Origin: Acidobacteriota bacterium
Lineage (GTDB): Bacteria > Acidobacteriota > Thermoanaerobaculia > Gp7-AA8
DNA: 64,000 nt
Assembly: GCA_019244185.1 (NCBI GenBank)
Contig: JAFATB010000015.1
Span: 1 to 64,000, forward strand
Direction of reading: 5' to 3'
Shown here piece after piece: positions 9,199-18,703 of the stretch. The notes beneath the pieces were generated by a model. The model made no database searches. It was not told the origin of the DNA and was given only the letters and a program-made list of their open reading frames with translations. The translations under genes and the position numbers were made by a program. Positions within the stretch are counted from its first letter, which is position 1, and every line of letters begins with the position of its first letter.

Positions 9199-10085
9199 CA
9201 CTTCACCTTGTCGAACGGCACGGGCTTCTCGCCCGAGTAGTCGTAGAAGCCGGTGCCGGTCTTGTTGCGGCCGAGGCGGCCGGCGAGGACCATCTTGCGG
9301 AGCAGCGGCGGCGCGGCGAAACGCTTCTCCTGGTACTCCTCGTACATCACGTGCGTGATGAAGTACGTGGTGTCGAGGCCGACGAAGTCGAGCAGCGTGA
9401 ACGGTCCCATCGGATAGCCGCAGCCGAGCATCATCGCCTTGTCGATGTCCTCGATCGAGCCGACGCCCTCCTCGTACGCGCGGATCGCGTCGAGGATGTA
9501 TGGCACGAGCAACCGATTGACGATGAAGCCGGAGTTGTCCTTGCACGACACCGGCTCTTTGCCGAGCGACTTCGCGAACGCAAATGCCGCGTCGAACGAC
9601 TCGTCGCTCGTCAGGATCGTGCGCACGACTTCGACGAGCTTCATGAGCGGCACCGGATTGAAGAAGTGCAGCCCGACGAACTGCTTCGGACGTGCGGTGG
9701 CCATCGAAAGCTCGGTAATCGTCAGCGACGAGGTGTTCGAGGCGAAGAGCGCCTCCGGCTTCACGATGCGATCGAGCTGCGCATAGGTGTCTTTCTTCAG
9801 CTGCGCGTTCTCGATGATGGCCTCGATGACGATGTCGCAGTCGGCGAGGTCTTCGAGGCTGGTCGTGCCTTTGAGACGGGCGACGCAGGCGTCCATGTCC
9901 GCCTGCTGCATCTTGCCTTTCTCGACGAACTTGCCGAGGGACTTCTGGATGCCGCCGAGACCCTTGTCGAGATACTTCTGCTCGACCTCGCGCACGACGA
10001 CGTCGTAGCCGGCCTGCGCCGCCACCTGAGCGATGCCGGAGCCCATCAGGCCGCAGCCGAGCACGCCCACTTTCTTGATTGCCAT
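9198..10085 (-). CDS. 3-hydroxybutyryl/3-hydroxyacyl-CoA dehydrogenase
   Basis: GCGLMGSG, SNTSS, GLHFFNP, GFIVNR; AAGGAG RBS. Confidence 0.93.
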   Translation of the reverse strand: MAIKKVGVLGCGLMGSGIAQVAAQAGYDVVVREVEQKYLDKGLGGIQKSLGKFVEKGKMQQADMDACVARLKGTTSLEDLADCDIVIEAIIENAQLKKDTYAQLDRIVKPEALFASNTSSLTITELSMATARPKQFVGLHFFNPVPLMKLVEVVRTILTSDESFDAAFAFAKSLGKEPVSCKDNSGFIVNRLLVPYILDAIRAYEEGVGSIEDIDKAMMLGCGYPMGPFTLLDFVGLDTTYFITHVMYEEYQEKRFAAPPLLRKMVLAGRLGRNKTGTGFYDYSGEKPVPFDKVK

Positions 10086-10187
10086 TGAGCAAACTCCTTT
10101 CGGTAAACCGGGCGCATTCTATTAGACGAAAACGCCCCTCGGGCGCGCGGCGTTTTCAGCACGGAGCCCTCGCACTATCCTTCCCAC

Positions 10188-11351
10188 ATGCCGCGCACGA
10201 AACTCCAGCCGCAGGTCATCCTCCTCGGCATCGTCTCGCTGCTCAACGACGCTGCGAGCGAGATGATCTATCCCCTGCTGCCGGTCTTTCTCACGGCGAC
10301 GCTCGGCGCGACGCCCGCGGTCGTCGGCCTGATCGAAGGACTGGCCGACGGACTCGCATCGATCCTCAAATACTTCGCCGGCGCGTGGTCGGATCGCATG
10401 CCGCGCCGCAAGCCGTTCGTCGCAACCGGCTACGCGCTCGCCGCCGGCTCGCGCGCGCTCATCGCCGCCGCCGGCGCATGGCCGCTCGTCCTCGCCGCGC
10501 GGCTCATCGACCGCACTGGCAAAGGCATTCGCTCCGCGCCGCGCGACGCGATGATCTCGGACGTCACGCCGCGCGAACAACGCGGCCGCGCATTCGGCTT
10601 TCATCGCGCGCTCGATCACACCGGCGCGATCGTCGGTCCGCTGCTGGCGATGCTCGCGCTCGACGTCGCGCATTGGACGCTGCGGCGCACGTTCTACGTT
10701 TCCGTGATTCCGGGCGCGATCGGCGTGGTGTTGATCGCCTGGCTGCTGCGCGAGCCGGCGCGCGAGACGACGTCACGTCTCGCGACGGATTCCGCGACTC
10801 CGCTGCCGCCGGTGTTCCGTCAGGCGCTCGCCGCGATCGCGCTCTTCTCGCTCGCGAATTCGTCCGACGCGTTCCTGCTGCTGCAGGCGCACGCGGCCGG
10901 CGTGTCGACGGCGATGCTGCCGGCGCTGTGGGCCGCGCATCACGTCATCAAGTCGCTCTTCTCGACGCGCGCCGGCGCGCTGTCCGATCGCATCGACCGG
11001 CGATACCTGCTCGTCGCCGGGTGGACGTCGTACGCGATTCTCTACGCGATCTTTCCGTTCGCACGGTCGCTCGCGTTCTTCCTCGTGCTGTTCATCCTCT
11101 ACGCGATTCCGTTCACGCTCGCCGAGGGCGCGGAGCGCGCGTGGATCGCGGATCTCGTTCCGGCGGATGCTCGCGGAAAAAGCTTCGGTCTGTACTACCT
11201 CGCGAACGGTCTCTGCGTGCTCGCCGGCACGATGCTCTTCGGCGTGCTGTACGAGCGCTGCTCGCCGCGCGTGGCGTTCGACACCGGCGCCGCGCTCGCG
11301 CTGGCCGCCGTCGTCGCGGTGCTGCTGACGCGCCGCGCGCGAACGTCTTGA
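10188..11351 (+). CDS. MFS transporter
   Basis: Many hydrophobic helices; GAWSDR, DRTGKGIRSAPRDA, GALSDRIDRR. Confidence 0.9.
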   Translation: MPRTKLQPQVILLGIVSLLNDAASEMIYPLLPVFLTATLGATPAVVGLIEGLADGLASILKYFAGAWSDRMPRRKPFVATGYALAAGSRALIAAAGAWPLVLAARLIDRTGKGIRSAPRDAMISDVTPREQRGRAFGFHRALDHTGAIVGPLLAMLALDVAHWTLRRTFYVSVIPGAIGVVLIAWLLREPARETTSRLATDSATPLPPVFRQALAAIALFSLANSSDAFLLLQAHAAGVSTAMLPALWAAHHVIKSLFSTRAGALSDRIDRRYLLVAGWTSYAILYAIFPFARSLAFFLVLFILYAIPFTLAEGAERAWIADLVPADARGKSFGLYYLANGLCVLAGTMLFGVLYERCSPRVAFDTGAALALAAVVAVLLTRRARTS

Positions 11352-11400
11352 TCGCCGTCGCGCATCTGCTACACTGCGCCCAGCTCAGCAAAACGCAGTG

Positions 11401-11434
11401 AAAAGGCCGGGAACCCTCCCGGCCTTTTTCTTTT
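11401..11434 (+). terminator. Intrinsic terminator (possibly bidirectional)
   Basis: AAAAGGCCGGGA-ACCC-TCCCGGCCTTTT followed by TCTTTT. Confidence 0.85.
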
Positions 11435-11474
11435 CTGCGCGGAATCCAGAATCGGAGAGAGGAGATTCGTCAGG

Positions 11475-11723
11475 ATGACGAGACAGGAGATCGACCGTCT
11501 CGCGACGCGCCGCAATTGCCCGCGCTGCACGATGGACAAGACGTTCGGTATGGCCCTCTGCCGCCGCTGCCGCTACAAGCTCCCGCCGCACATGCGCACG
11601 CGCCTCGAGCACATCGCGGCCAAAGACGAAGGGATGGTCTACGGCGCGCTGCGCGCCGCCGCGAACTACTTCGATCTGCATTACCGCTCGATCCGCGACT
11701 TCCGCGGCGGCAGACGTCGATGA
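11475..11723 (+). CDS. Small hypothetical protein with two CxxC pairs (putative Zn finger)
   Basis: CPRC...CRRC; AGGAG RBS upstream. Confidence 0.7.
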   Translation: MTRQEIDRLATRRNCPRCTMDKTFGMALCRRCRYKLPPHMRTRLEHIAAKDEGMVYGALRAAANYFDLHYRSIRDFRGGRRR

Positions 11724-11745
11724 GCGGCGCGTATACGCTTACGCC

Positions 11746-12090
11746 ATGAACGACGTCTTCCTGCACAACCCGCGCTGCAGCAAGAGCCGCGCGGCGCTCG
11801 AGCTGGTGCGCGCCTCGAACGTCGAGCTGCCGGTGCGCCAGTATCTCGACGAGCCGCTCTCCCTCGATGAGCTCCGCCGCATCGTCTCGCTCCTCGGCGT
11901 ACGCCCGATCGACATCGTCCGCCGCAACGAGCCGCAGTACGCCGCGCTCGGACTCTCCGACGAAACGCCCGACGAAGACGTGCTGCGCGCGCTGGCCGAG
12001 CATCCGATCCTCATCGAACGCCCGATCGTCGTCCGCGGCGAGCGCGCCGTCATCGGACGTCCGCCGGAGAACGTGCGCGAGCTGTTGTAG
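11746..12090 (+). CDS. arsC: ArsC-family (glutaredoxin-type) arsenate reductase-like protein
   Basis: HNPRCSKSR, HPILIERPIV, IGRPPE. Confidence 0.88.
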   Translation: MNDVFLHNPRCSKSRAALELVRASNVELPVRQYLDEPLSLDELRRIVSLLGVRPIDIVRRNEPQYAALGLSDETPDEDVLRALAEHPILIERPIVVRGERAVIGRPPENVRELL

Positions 12091-12097
12091 CGTTCGA

Positions 12098-13543
12098 TCA
12101 GCGCGCGGCGGATGCCGCGCGCGCGGCGAGCACGAGCCGCGTCTTGAGATCGAACAGCGACTGTTCGAGGCCGACCGGATAACGGTGCGGGTTGACGAGG
12201 CGCTTGATGCCTTCGTGAAAACGCGCGAGGTCACGCTCCCGTCGCGCGCGAACCTCGTCGAGCGGCGGCAGATCGTAAACACGTTGACCATTCCGGAAGA
12301 CCGGCACGAGCAGGTCTTCGCCGTCGCTGTCGAACGACTTGCGTCGCGTGAGGTCGAACGGATCGACGATCGTTCGCGTGCGCGCGCCGGTGAGCTCGTC
12401 CCAGATCATGTCACCCGCGGCCTCGCCGTCGCGCGTGAAACGGCGCACCTGCAGCACGCCCGGCGTCGAGACTTTCGCGGTCTGCTCGGAGAGCTTCAAC
12501 CGGTGTTCCCACGCGCCGCCGGCGCGGCGCAATGCACCGAGCTTGTAGACGCCGCCGAGGGCCGGCTGATCGTAGGCAGTGATGAGGCGCGTGCCGACGC
12601 CCCACACCGTGATCCGCGCGCGTTGTTGCTTGAGGCTGGCGATGGTCTGCTCGTCGAGATCGTTGCTCGCGGCGATGACGGCGTTCGGGAAGCCGGCGTC
12701 ATCGAGCAGCTTCCGCGCTTCGATCGACAGGTACGCGAGATCGCCGGAATCGAGGCGGATGCCGGAGAGCTCGTGTCCGCGCTCGCGAAGCCTGCGGCCG
12801 ACGTCGATCGCGTGGCGCACGCCGTCGAGCGTGTCGTACGTGTCGACGAGCAGCAGCGCGTTGTTCGGCAGCACGTCCGCGTACGCGGCGAACGCGTCCT
12901 GTTCGCTGTCGAACGACAGCACCCAGCTGTGCGCGTGCGTGCCGCGCACCGGCAGTCCGTAGCGCGCGCCGGCGAGCACATTGGATGTCGAACCGACGCC
13001 GCCGATGTACGCGGCGCGCGCGGCGGAGAGCGCGCCGTTCTCCCCCTGCGCGCGGCGCAAACCGAAGTCGATGACCGGATCGCCTTCCGCGGCGTGCACG
13101 ACGCGCGCGGCCTTCGTGGCGATGAGCGTCTGGAAGTTGATGATGTTCAGCAGCGCGGTCTCGACGATCTGCGCGACCGGCAAGCGTCCGCGCACGCGCA
13201 CGAGCGGCTCCTGCGCGAAGACGACCGTGCCTTCGGGAACCGCGTCGACGTCGCAGTCGAACCTCAGCTCGCCGAGGAAGCGGAGGAAATCGTCGGGGAA
13301 AAGCGGCGCGTCGTCGTTGCCGCGCAGCGTGGCGAGGTAGCCGAGATCGTCGGCGTCGAAGCGCAGCTCTTCGAGATAGCGGATCGCGTCTTCGAGTCCC
13401 GCGGCGATCGCGTAGCCGCCGCCGAACGGCGCGTTGCGGAAGAGGAGATGAAAGACGGCTTCGTCGTCCGCACGCCCGATGCGGAACCAGCCGTACGCCA
13501 TCGTCAGCTGATAGAGATCGGTGAGGAGCGCGCGCGAGGTCAT
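12098..13543 (-). CDS. pncB: Nicotinate phosphoribosyltransferase
   Basis: LLTDLYQLTM, DFGLRRAQG, GTHAHSW, IRLDSGD, LGGVYKL. Confidence 0.95.
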   Translation of the reverse strand: MTSRALLTDLYQLTMAYGWFRIGRADDEAVFHLLFRNAPFGGGYAIAAGLEDAIRYLEELRFDADDLGYLATLRGNDDAPLFPDDFLRFLGELRFDCDVDAVPEGTVVFAQEPLVRVRGRLPVAQIVETALLNIINFQTLIATKAARVVHAAEGDPVIDFGLRRAQGENGALSAARAAYIGGVGSTSNVLAGARYGLPVRGTHAHSWVLSFDSEQDAFAAYADVLPNNALLLVDTYDTLDGVRHAIDVGRRLRERGHELSGIRLDSGDLAYLSIEARKLLDDAGFPNAVIAASNDLDEQTIASLKQQRARITVWGVGTRLITAYDQPALGGVYKLGALRRAGGAWEHRLKLSEQTAKVSTPGVLQVRRFTRDGEAAGDMIWDELTGARTRTIVDPFDLTRRKSFDSDGEDLLVPVFRNGQRVYDLPPLDEVRARRERDLARFHEGIKRLVNPHRYPVGLEQSLFDLKTRLVLAARAASAAR

Positions 13544-13588
13544 GCGGGTCGCCGATGCAAACGGCGACCCGGGCGCGCGTGGGCTGTG

Positions 13589-14335
13589 TTACGCCGTTTC
13601 CATCATCTCGGCGGGGATGTCGAAGTTCGACCAGACGTTCTGCGTGTCGTCGTGATCGTCGAGCATCTCGAGGAGACGCATGATCTGCTTCGACTTCTGC
13701 TCGTCGACGGCGACGTAGTTCGCCGGGATCATTCCGAGCTTGGCCTCAACGGTGGCGATCTTGTTCGACTCGAGCGCCTGCCGCACCGCCTCGAAGTTCT
13801 CCGGCGCGGTGTAGATCTCGAAGACCTCGGCGTCGTCGGTCTGAAGGTCGTCCGCGCCCGCTTCGAGCGCGATCTCCATCAGCTTGTCCTCGCCGACGGC
13901 GCTCTTCTCGACGGCGAAGTAGCCCTTCTTCTCGAACTGAAAACGGACCGAGCCGGGCGTGCCGAGGTTGCCGCCGTGCTTCTCGAACATGTGGCGGATT
14001 TCCGGCGTGGTGCGGTTCGTGTTGTCGGTGAGCGCCTCGACGATGATCGCCACGCCGCCCGGGCCGTAGCCCTCGTACGTGATCTCTTCGTACGTCGCGC
14101 CTTCGAGCTCGCCGGTGCCGCGTTTGATGGCGCGCTCGATGTTGTCTTTCGGCATGTTGTTGGCCTTCGCCTCGGCGACGGCCGCACGGAGCCGCGGATT
14201 GGCCTCCGGATCCCCACCGCCGAGACGCGCGGCGACGGTCATTTCCTTGATGATGCGCGTGAAGACCTTGCCGCGCTTTGCATCCGCAGCACCCTTCTTG
14301 TGCTTGATGGTGCTCCATTTACTGTGGCCAGACAT
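13589..14335 (-). CDS. yebC: YebC/PmpR family protein
   Basis: [29 protein letters not shown]; GGAG RBS. Confidence 0.96.
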   Translation of the reverse strand: MSGHSKWSTIKHKKGAADAKRGKVFTRIIKEMTVAARLGGGDPEANPRLRAAVAEAKANNMPKDNIERAIKRGTGELEGATYEEITYEGYGPGGVAIIVEALTDNTNRTTPEIRHMFEKHGGNLGTPGSVRFQFEKKGYFAVEKSAVGEDKLMEIALEAGADDLQTDDAEVFEIYTAPENFEAVRQALESNKIATVEAKLGMIPANYVAVDEQKSKQIMRLLEMLDDHDDTQNVWSNFDIPAEMMETA

Positions 14336-14414
14336 GGAGGTTGCTCCTTGATGATGTGGCAGGAATCGGGCGAGAGCCGCGTATTTCCCGAAGAGCGGGC
14401 ATTATACACCCCGC

Positions 14415-14612
14415 ATGGCGCCCGAATTTCCGATCCGCATCCTCAACGATGAAGGCGAATGCGAGGTCATCGCGTCGCCCGAGGAACTGATGGAACGCAT
14501 CGATTCCATCGACTCCACCGACCCCGCCGCGAAGATCTGGGTGCGCGACGCGTACGACCGAACCGTGCGCATTCGCATGCGCGGAGGCATGGTCGTAGAG
14601 CTGAGTTGCTGA
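14415..14612 (+). CDS. Small hypothetical protein (65 aa)
   Basis: Protein-like composition, host codon bias, divergent from yebC. Confidence 0.6.
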   Translation: MAPEFPIRILNDEGECEVIASPEELMERIDSIDSTDPAAKIWVRDAYDRTVRIRMRGGMVVELSC

Positions 14613-14619
14613 AGCGGAA

Positions 14620-14702
14620 CACCGAGGTACACTCGGGTAGCGATGAGCGAGCGCGCTCATCCGAGCTCTCGGAGCGCTCGCTGACCAAGCACCGAGGTAG
14701 AC
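14620..14702. repeat. Palindromic intergenic element bounded by direct repeats (REP-like)
   Basis: CACCGAGGTA(C/G)AC at 14620 and 14690; internal stems 14642-14661 and 14646-14682. Confidence 0.55.
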
Positions 14703-14715
14703 GCGTACGGCAACG

Positions 14716-15348
14716 ATGATCGACGACGAACTGCGGCAACTGCTCGAGTCCATGCGCGCGGACAACGCGGCGCAACACGCGGAGACGCGTGCACAGCTCG
14801 TCGGCATGCAGTCGGAGATGCGCGATTTCCGGAGCGAGCAAGCGTCGATGCGCCGTGACATTGCGGAGTTGCGGAGCGACGTCTCGGAGTTGCGCACCGA
14901 CGTCTCGGAGTTGCGGAGCGATGTCTCGGAGTTGCGCAGCGACGTTACGGAGCTGCAGAGCGGACACGCCTCGTTACGCGGAGAAGTCGCCGACTTGCGT
15001 CGCGAAACGCGACACGATCTGCGCGAAGCGTTCGACCAGCTCTGGCAGCACGCCGAAAGCATCGCCATGGACCTGCGCGAATACGTCGACGCCTCCGCCG
15101 CCGAAACTCGCCAGTACGTTGATGCCTCCGCCGCCGAAACACGCCGGCACTTCGACATCGTCGCAGAGAACTTGCGGCGCAACATCGACCTCGTGGTGGA
15201 CGGCATCGCCAACGGCGACGAGCGGCTCACCCGCGAATCCGACGACATCCGCGCGGAGATGCGGCAGGGCTTTGCCGACACGCAGAACATGGTGATGTTC
15301 TCGCATCGGCAGCTCGACGGGCGGCTGCACGTTCTCGAACAGCGTTAG
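14716..15348 (+). CDS. Coiled-coil hypothetical protein with tandem repeats
   Basis: About four ELRSDVS heptads and two YVDASAAETR(Q/R) units, then HFDIVAE. Confidence 0.8.
   Translation: MIDDELRQLLESMRADNAAQHAETRAQLVGMQSEMRDFRSEQASMRRDIAELRSDVSELRTDVSELRSDVSELRSDVTELQSGHASLRGEVADLRRETRHDLREAFDQLWQHAESIAMDLREYVDASAAETRQYVDASAAETRRHFDIVAENLRRNIDLVVDGIANGDERLTRESDDIRAEMRQGFADTQNMVMFSHRQLDGRLHVLEQR
14866..14949 (+). repeat. 21-bp in-frame tandem repeat, four copies
   Basis: GAGTTGCGGAGCGACGTCTCG-like units at 14866, 14887, 14908 and 14929. Confidence 0.9.
15082..15147 (+). repeat. 33-bp in-frame tandem repeat, two copies
   Basis: TACGTCGACGCCTCCGCCGCCGAAACTCGCCAG / TACGTTGATGCCTCCGCCGCCGAAACACGCCGG. 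Confidence 0.9.
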
Positions 15349-17456
15349 CGCGCGGTCTTCGGCTCCACTCCCAGCTCGCGCATCAGCTCGTGCGCGCCGT
15401 CGACGGCATCCATGATCCAGAGCATGTACTGCGTGTCGACGCTGATCGAGCGCGTGATCGGCGGCGAGTAGAGAAAGTCCGCGTCGATCGACTCGTAGTT
15501 GCCGTCGAAGAGCAGGCCGACGAGCTCACCGCGCGCGTTGAGCGTCGGTGAGCCGGAGTTGCCTCCGGTCGTGTCGACGGTGGAGAGAAAGTTGACGGGG
15601 ACGTCTTTCAACTGCGCGTCGACGTACGGTTGCGTCTTCGCCGGATCGTTCGCGGCGGCGAGGAATGCGGACGGGCTGTTGAACGGCTCTTTGCCCGTTT
15701 CTTTCGCGAGTACGCCGGCCAGGCGAGTCTGCGGCGTGTAGAGCGCGGCGTCTTTCGGCGAGTAGCCCTGGATGTGGCCGAAGGTGATGCGCAGCGTCGA
15801 GTTCGCGTCGGGATAGAGCATGCCGCCGTTGACTTTCTGCATCGCGGCGAACAGCGCCGGACGCAGACGCGCCATCGCGCCGGTCCAGTTCACGTCCTCC
15901 GCTTCCGTCGCATCGATCTCCGGCAGGAGCGACGTCGCGAAGTCGAGCATCGCGTCGTGACGCGCGGCCAGCTGCGCGGTGCTCTGCGTCAGCATCGTCG
16001 CGCGCTCGGCGGCGATGCGCATGCCCGTGTTGCCGTAAAGACGATCGAGCAGCGGCTCGATGCCGCCGGCCTTCGCTACCGCGCTGTCGACCGCGGCGAT
16101 GCGCTGCGACTGCGGCAGCTTCGCGGCCTCACCGAGGAAGTAGCGGAGGACGTCGCGGTCGCTGCGGAGATCCATCGTGCGCTGCGCGCGCTCGGACCCC
16201 TGCCGCAGACTGGCCCAGTTGCGCTCCTGATAGCGCGCGGCGCGGTCGACGTCGTTCTTCGGACGCTCGGCGGCGAGGCGCGCGATCGCGTAGGCCTGCC
16301 CGAGGATCACGGAGGCGCGGCCGCTGGTCAGCCAGTCGAGGATCGTGTCGCGCTCGCGCGTGCGGAGATGCGTCTCGTTCACGCGCGCGATGTCGTCGAA
16401 GACGCTCGCGGACGGATCGTTCTGCAGCGCCGCGCGCAGCTTCTTCTCCTGCGCGAGGCGCTTCTCCAGAATGCGATCCTTGACGAAGCCCTCGTTCGTG
16501 CTCGTGTAGTTCTTCAGCGAATTCTCGAGCGTCCGGAGGCGCGACGCGTTCTTGATCTGCACGTCGCGGTCGTCTTTGCCCGCGTCCTCGAGCAGACGAA
16601 TGACGCTCGTCAGATAGCGGATGTTCGTCGGATAGACGAACTCCTGGTAGTTGCGCACCTCATCCGCCGTCTTGTAGCGGAACGTGCGTCCCGGATAACC
16701 GGCCACGAAGACGAGATCGCCGTCATGCACGCCGCTCGTGGCGAGCTTCAGCCAATGGTTCGGGTGATACGGCTTGCCGCCGGCGTACGCGCGGAAGAAC
16801 GAAAAGTCGCCGGTGTGGCGCGGCCATTCGAAGTTGTCGACCTCGCCGCCGTAGTCGCCGATGCGCTGCGACGGCGCGTAGACGAGGCGCACGTCCGTGA
16901 TCTCGGCCTGCGTCAGCCGCAGGTACTGCGCGCCCTCGAACACCGAGGCCACGCGGCAACGTACGCTGCCCGGCTTTTCGCATTCGGCAACGAGCGTCTT
17001 CTCGCGGCGGTCGAGCGTCTTCGCGCGCTCCGCGTCCGTCGTCTTCGCCGTGAAGCCGGTGGTCATCCGCGGCGTCACGTCCTCGATGTTCGTCGTGACC
17101 CACACCTTCGTTCCCGGCGCGGCCGGCAATTCCGCCTCGCGCGTATGCGCGAGGAAGCCGGTCTCGAGATAGTCGTGCTCGGGCGAGGAGTTGTGCTGCA
17201 CCGAGGCGAACGCGCAGTGATGGTTCGTGACGATGAGACCGTCGGCGGAGACGAACGATGCGGTGCAGCCGGGGATCTGCACGACCGCGCCCATCGGATC
17301 GCCGGTGAGATCGGCGAGCTGATTCGGATCGAGCTGCAGTCCTTCGCGTTTCAGCTGCGCCGCGAGCTGCGGGATCTGCTGCGGCATCCACATGCCCTCG
17401 TCGGCGAACGCACGAACGGTGAACAGCGCGAGCAGGAGAACGACGGTCTTTCGCAT
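15345..17456 (-). CDS. S46 family dipeptidyl peptidase
   Basis: Signal peptide then DEGMW; TNHHC, NFEWPRHTGDF, PDANSTLR, TGGNSGSP, FDGNYE. Confidence 0.95.
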   Translation of the reverse strand: MRKTVVLLLALFTVRAFADEGMWMPQQIPQLAAQLKREGLQLDPNQLADLTGDPMGAVVQIPGCTASFVSADGLIVTNHHCAFASVQHNSSPEHDYLETGFLAHTREAELPAAPGTKVWVTTNIEDVTPRMTTGFTAKTTDAERAKTLDRREKTLVAECEKPGSVRCRVASVFEGAQYLRLTQAEITDVRLVYAPSQRIGDYGGEVDNFEWPRHTGDFSFFRAYAGGKPYHPNHWLKLATSGVHDGDLVFVAGYPGRTFRYKTADEVRNYQEFVYPTNIRYLTSVIRLLEDAGKDDRDVQIKNASRLRTLENSLKNYTSTNEGFVKDRILEKRLAQEKKLRAALQNDPSASVFDDIARVNETHLRTRERDTILDWLTSGRASVILGQAYAIARLAAERPKNDVDRAARYQERNWASLRQGSERAQRTMDLRSDRDVLRYFLGEAAKLPQSQRIAAVDSAVAKAGGIEPLLDRLYGNTGMRIAAERATMLTQSTAQLAARHDAMLDFATSLLPEIDATEAEDVNWTGAMARLRPALFAAMQKVNGGMLYPDANSTLRITFGHIQGYSPKDAALYTPQTRLAGVLAKETGKEPFNSPSAFLAAANDPAKTQPYVDAQLKDVPVNFLSTVDTTGGNSGSPTLNARGELVGLLFDGNYESIDADFLYSPPITRSISVDTQYMLWIMDAVDGAHELMRELGVEPKTAR

Positions 17457-17557
17457 CGCGACGCCACAACGATTTGCGGAAACCCGAATTCCAGCCGCGG
17501 CGGCGCAACCTCCTCTCCGGCAATCCGTTATATTCACGAGTCGCATCGGAGGTGCGC

Positions 17558-18694
17558 ATGGGCTTGTTCGACAACATCCGGAACCAAATCGGGTCGCAGT
17601 TCATCGAGATCATTGAGTGGCTCGACGACTCGCACGACACGCTGGTCTACCGTTTCCCCGTGTACAACCAGGAAATCAAGATGGGCGCGCAGCTCGTCGT
17701 GCGCGAGAACCAGGCCGCGATCTTCATCAACGAAGGCCAGGTCGCGGACATCTTCAAGCCCGGCCGCTACGAGCTGTCGACGCAGAACCTTCCCATCCTC
17801 ACGACGCTGCGCGGCTGGAAGTACGGCTTCCAGTCGCCGTTCAAAGCCGAGGTCTACTTCTTCAACACGCGGCTCTTCACGGACCTCAAGTGGGGCACGT
17901 CGAATCCGGTGATGATGCGCGACGCGGAGTTCGGGATGATCCGCATCCGCGCGTTCGGCACGTACGCGCTGCGGATCGGCAACGTGAAGGATTTCTTCAA
18001 CACGGTCGTCGGCACGCAGGGTCTCACCACGACCGACGACATCCTCGGGCAGCTGCGCTCGACCATCATCAGCAATCTCTCCGACATCATCGCGGAGTCG
18101 AAGATCGCCGCGCTCGATCTGGCGTCGAGCTACCGCGAGCTCTCCGCGCTCGCGCAGAAAGAGCTGCAGCCGTCGTTCGCGAGCTTCGGCCTCGAGCTCG
18201 CGCGCTTCTTCATCGACAACATCTCGCTGCCCGAAGAAGTCGAAGCCGCGATCGACCAGCGCACGAAGCTCGGCGTCCTCGGCGACCGCATGGGTCAGTA
18301 CGCGCAGCTGCAGACCGCCGATGCGATCAAGGTGGCCGCGGCGAATCCTGGCGGCCTCGCCGGTGCCGGCGTCGGCCTCGGCGCGGGCGTGGCGATGGGA
18401 CAGATGATGAACCAGGGCTTCAACGCGCCGCCGCCGCCCACGCCCGCGTCCGCGCCGCCGCCTCCTCCCGCGGCGCCGGCGAACGTGCCGCGCTGGTCTC
18501 TCGCCATCGACGGCAAGACCTACGGCCCGTACACGGACGACGCGCTCAAGGCGATGATCCAGAGCGGCCAGGTCGCGCTGTCGACGCAGGCGTGGCGTCC
18601 CGGCGCGGCGGGCTGGGCTCCGGTCGACTCGTACGCGGAGCTCGGCGGAAACAGCAGCATGCCGCCGCCTCCCCCGCCGCCGCCGTCGAAGTAG
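17558..18694 (+). CDS. SPFH (YdjI-like) domain protein with Pro-rich linker and C-terminal GYF_2-like domain
   Basis: LVVRENQAAIF, SPFKAEVYF, KWGT, RAFGTY, ISLPEEVE; C-terminal GKTYGPY...W..G..GW; GGAGG RBS. Confidence 0.9.
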   Translation: MGLFDNIRNQIGSQFIEIIEWLDDSHDTLVYRFPVYNQEIKMGAQLVVRENQAAIFINEGQVADIFKPGRYELSTQNLPILTTLRGWKYGFQSPFKAEVYFFNTRLFTDLKWGTSNPVMMRDAEFGMIRIRAFGTYALRIGNVKDFFNTVVGTQGLTTTDDILGQLRSTIISNLSDIIAESKIAALDLASSYRELSALAQKELQPSFASFGLELARFFIDNISLPEEVEAAIDQRTKLGVLGDRMGQYAQLQTADAIKVAAANPGGLAGAGVGLGAGVAMGQMMNQGFNAPPPPTPASAPPPPPAAPANVPRWSLAIDGKTYGPYTDDALKAMIQSGQVALSTQAWRPGAAGWAPVDSYAELGGNSSMPPPPPPPPSK

Positions 18695-18703
18695 CGCCGC
18701 GCG

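Noticed and set aside
8416-10092. 558-aa ORF suggesting a dehydrogenase-hydratase fusion
   Set aside because: The N-terminal half is an off-frame reading of the dehydrogenase; these are two separate genes overlapping at 9198
14866-15147. Tandem repeats as a CRISPR array
   Set aside because: Contiguous in-frame coding repeats with no spacers and no cas genes
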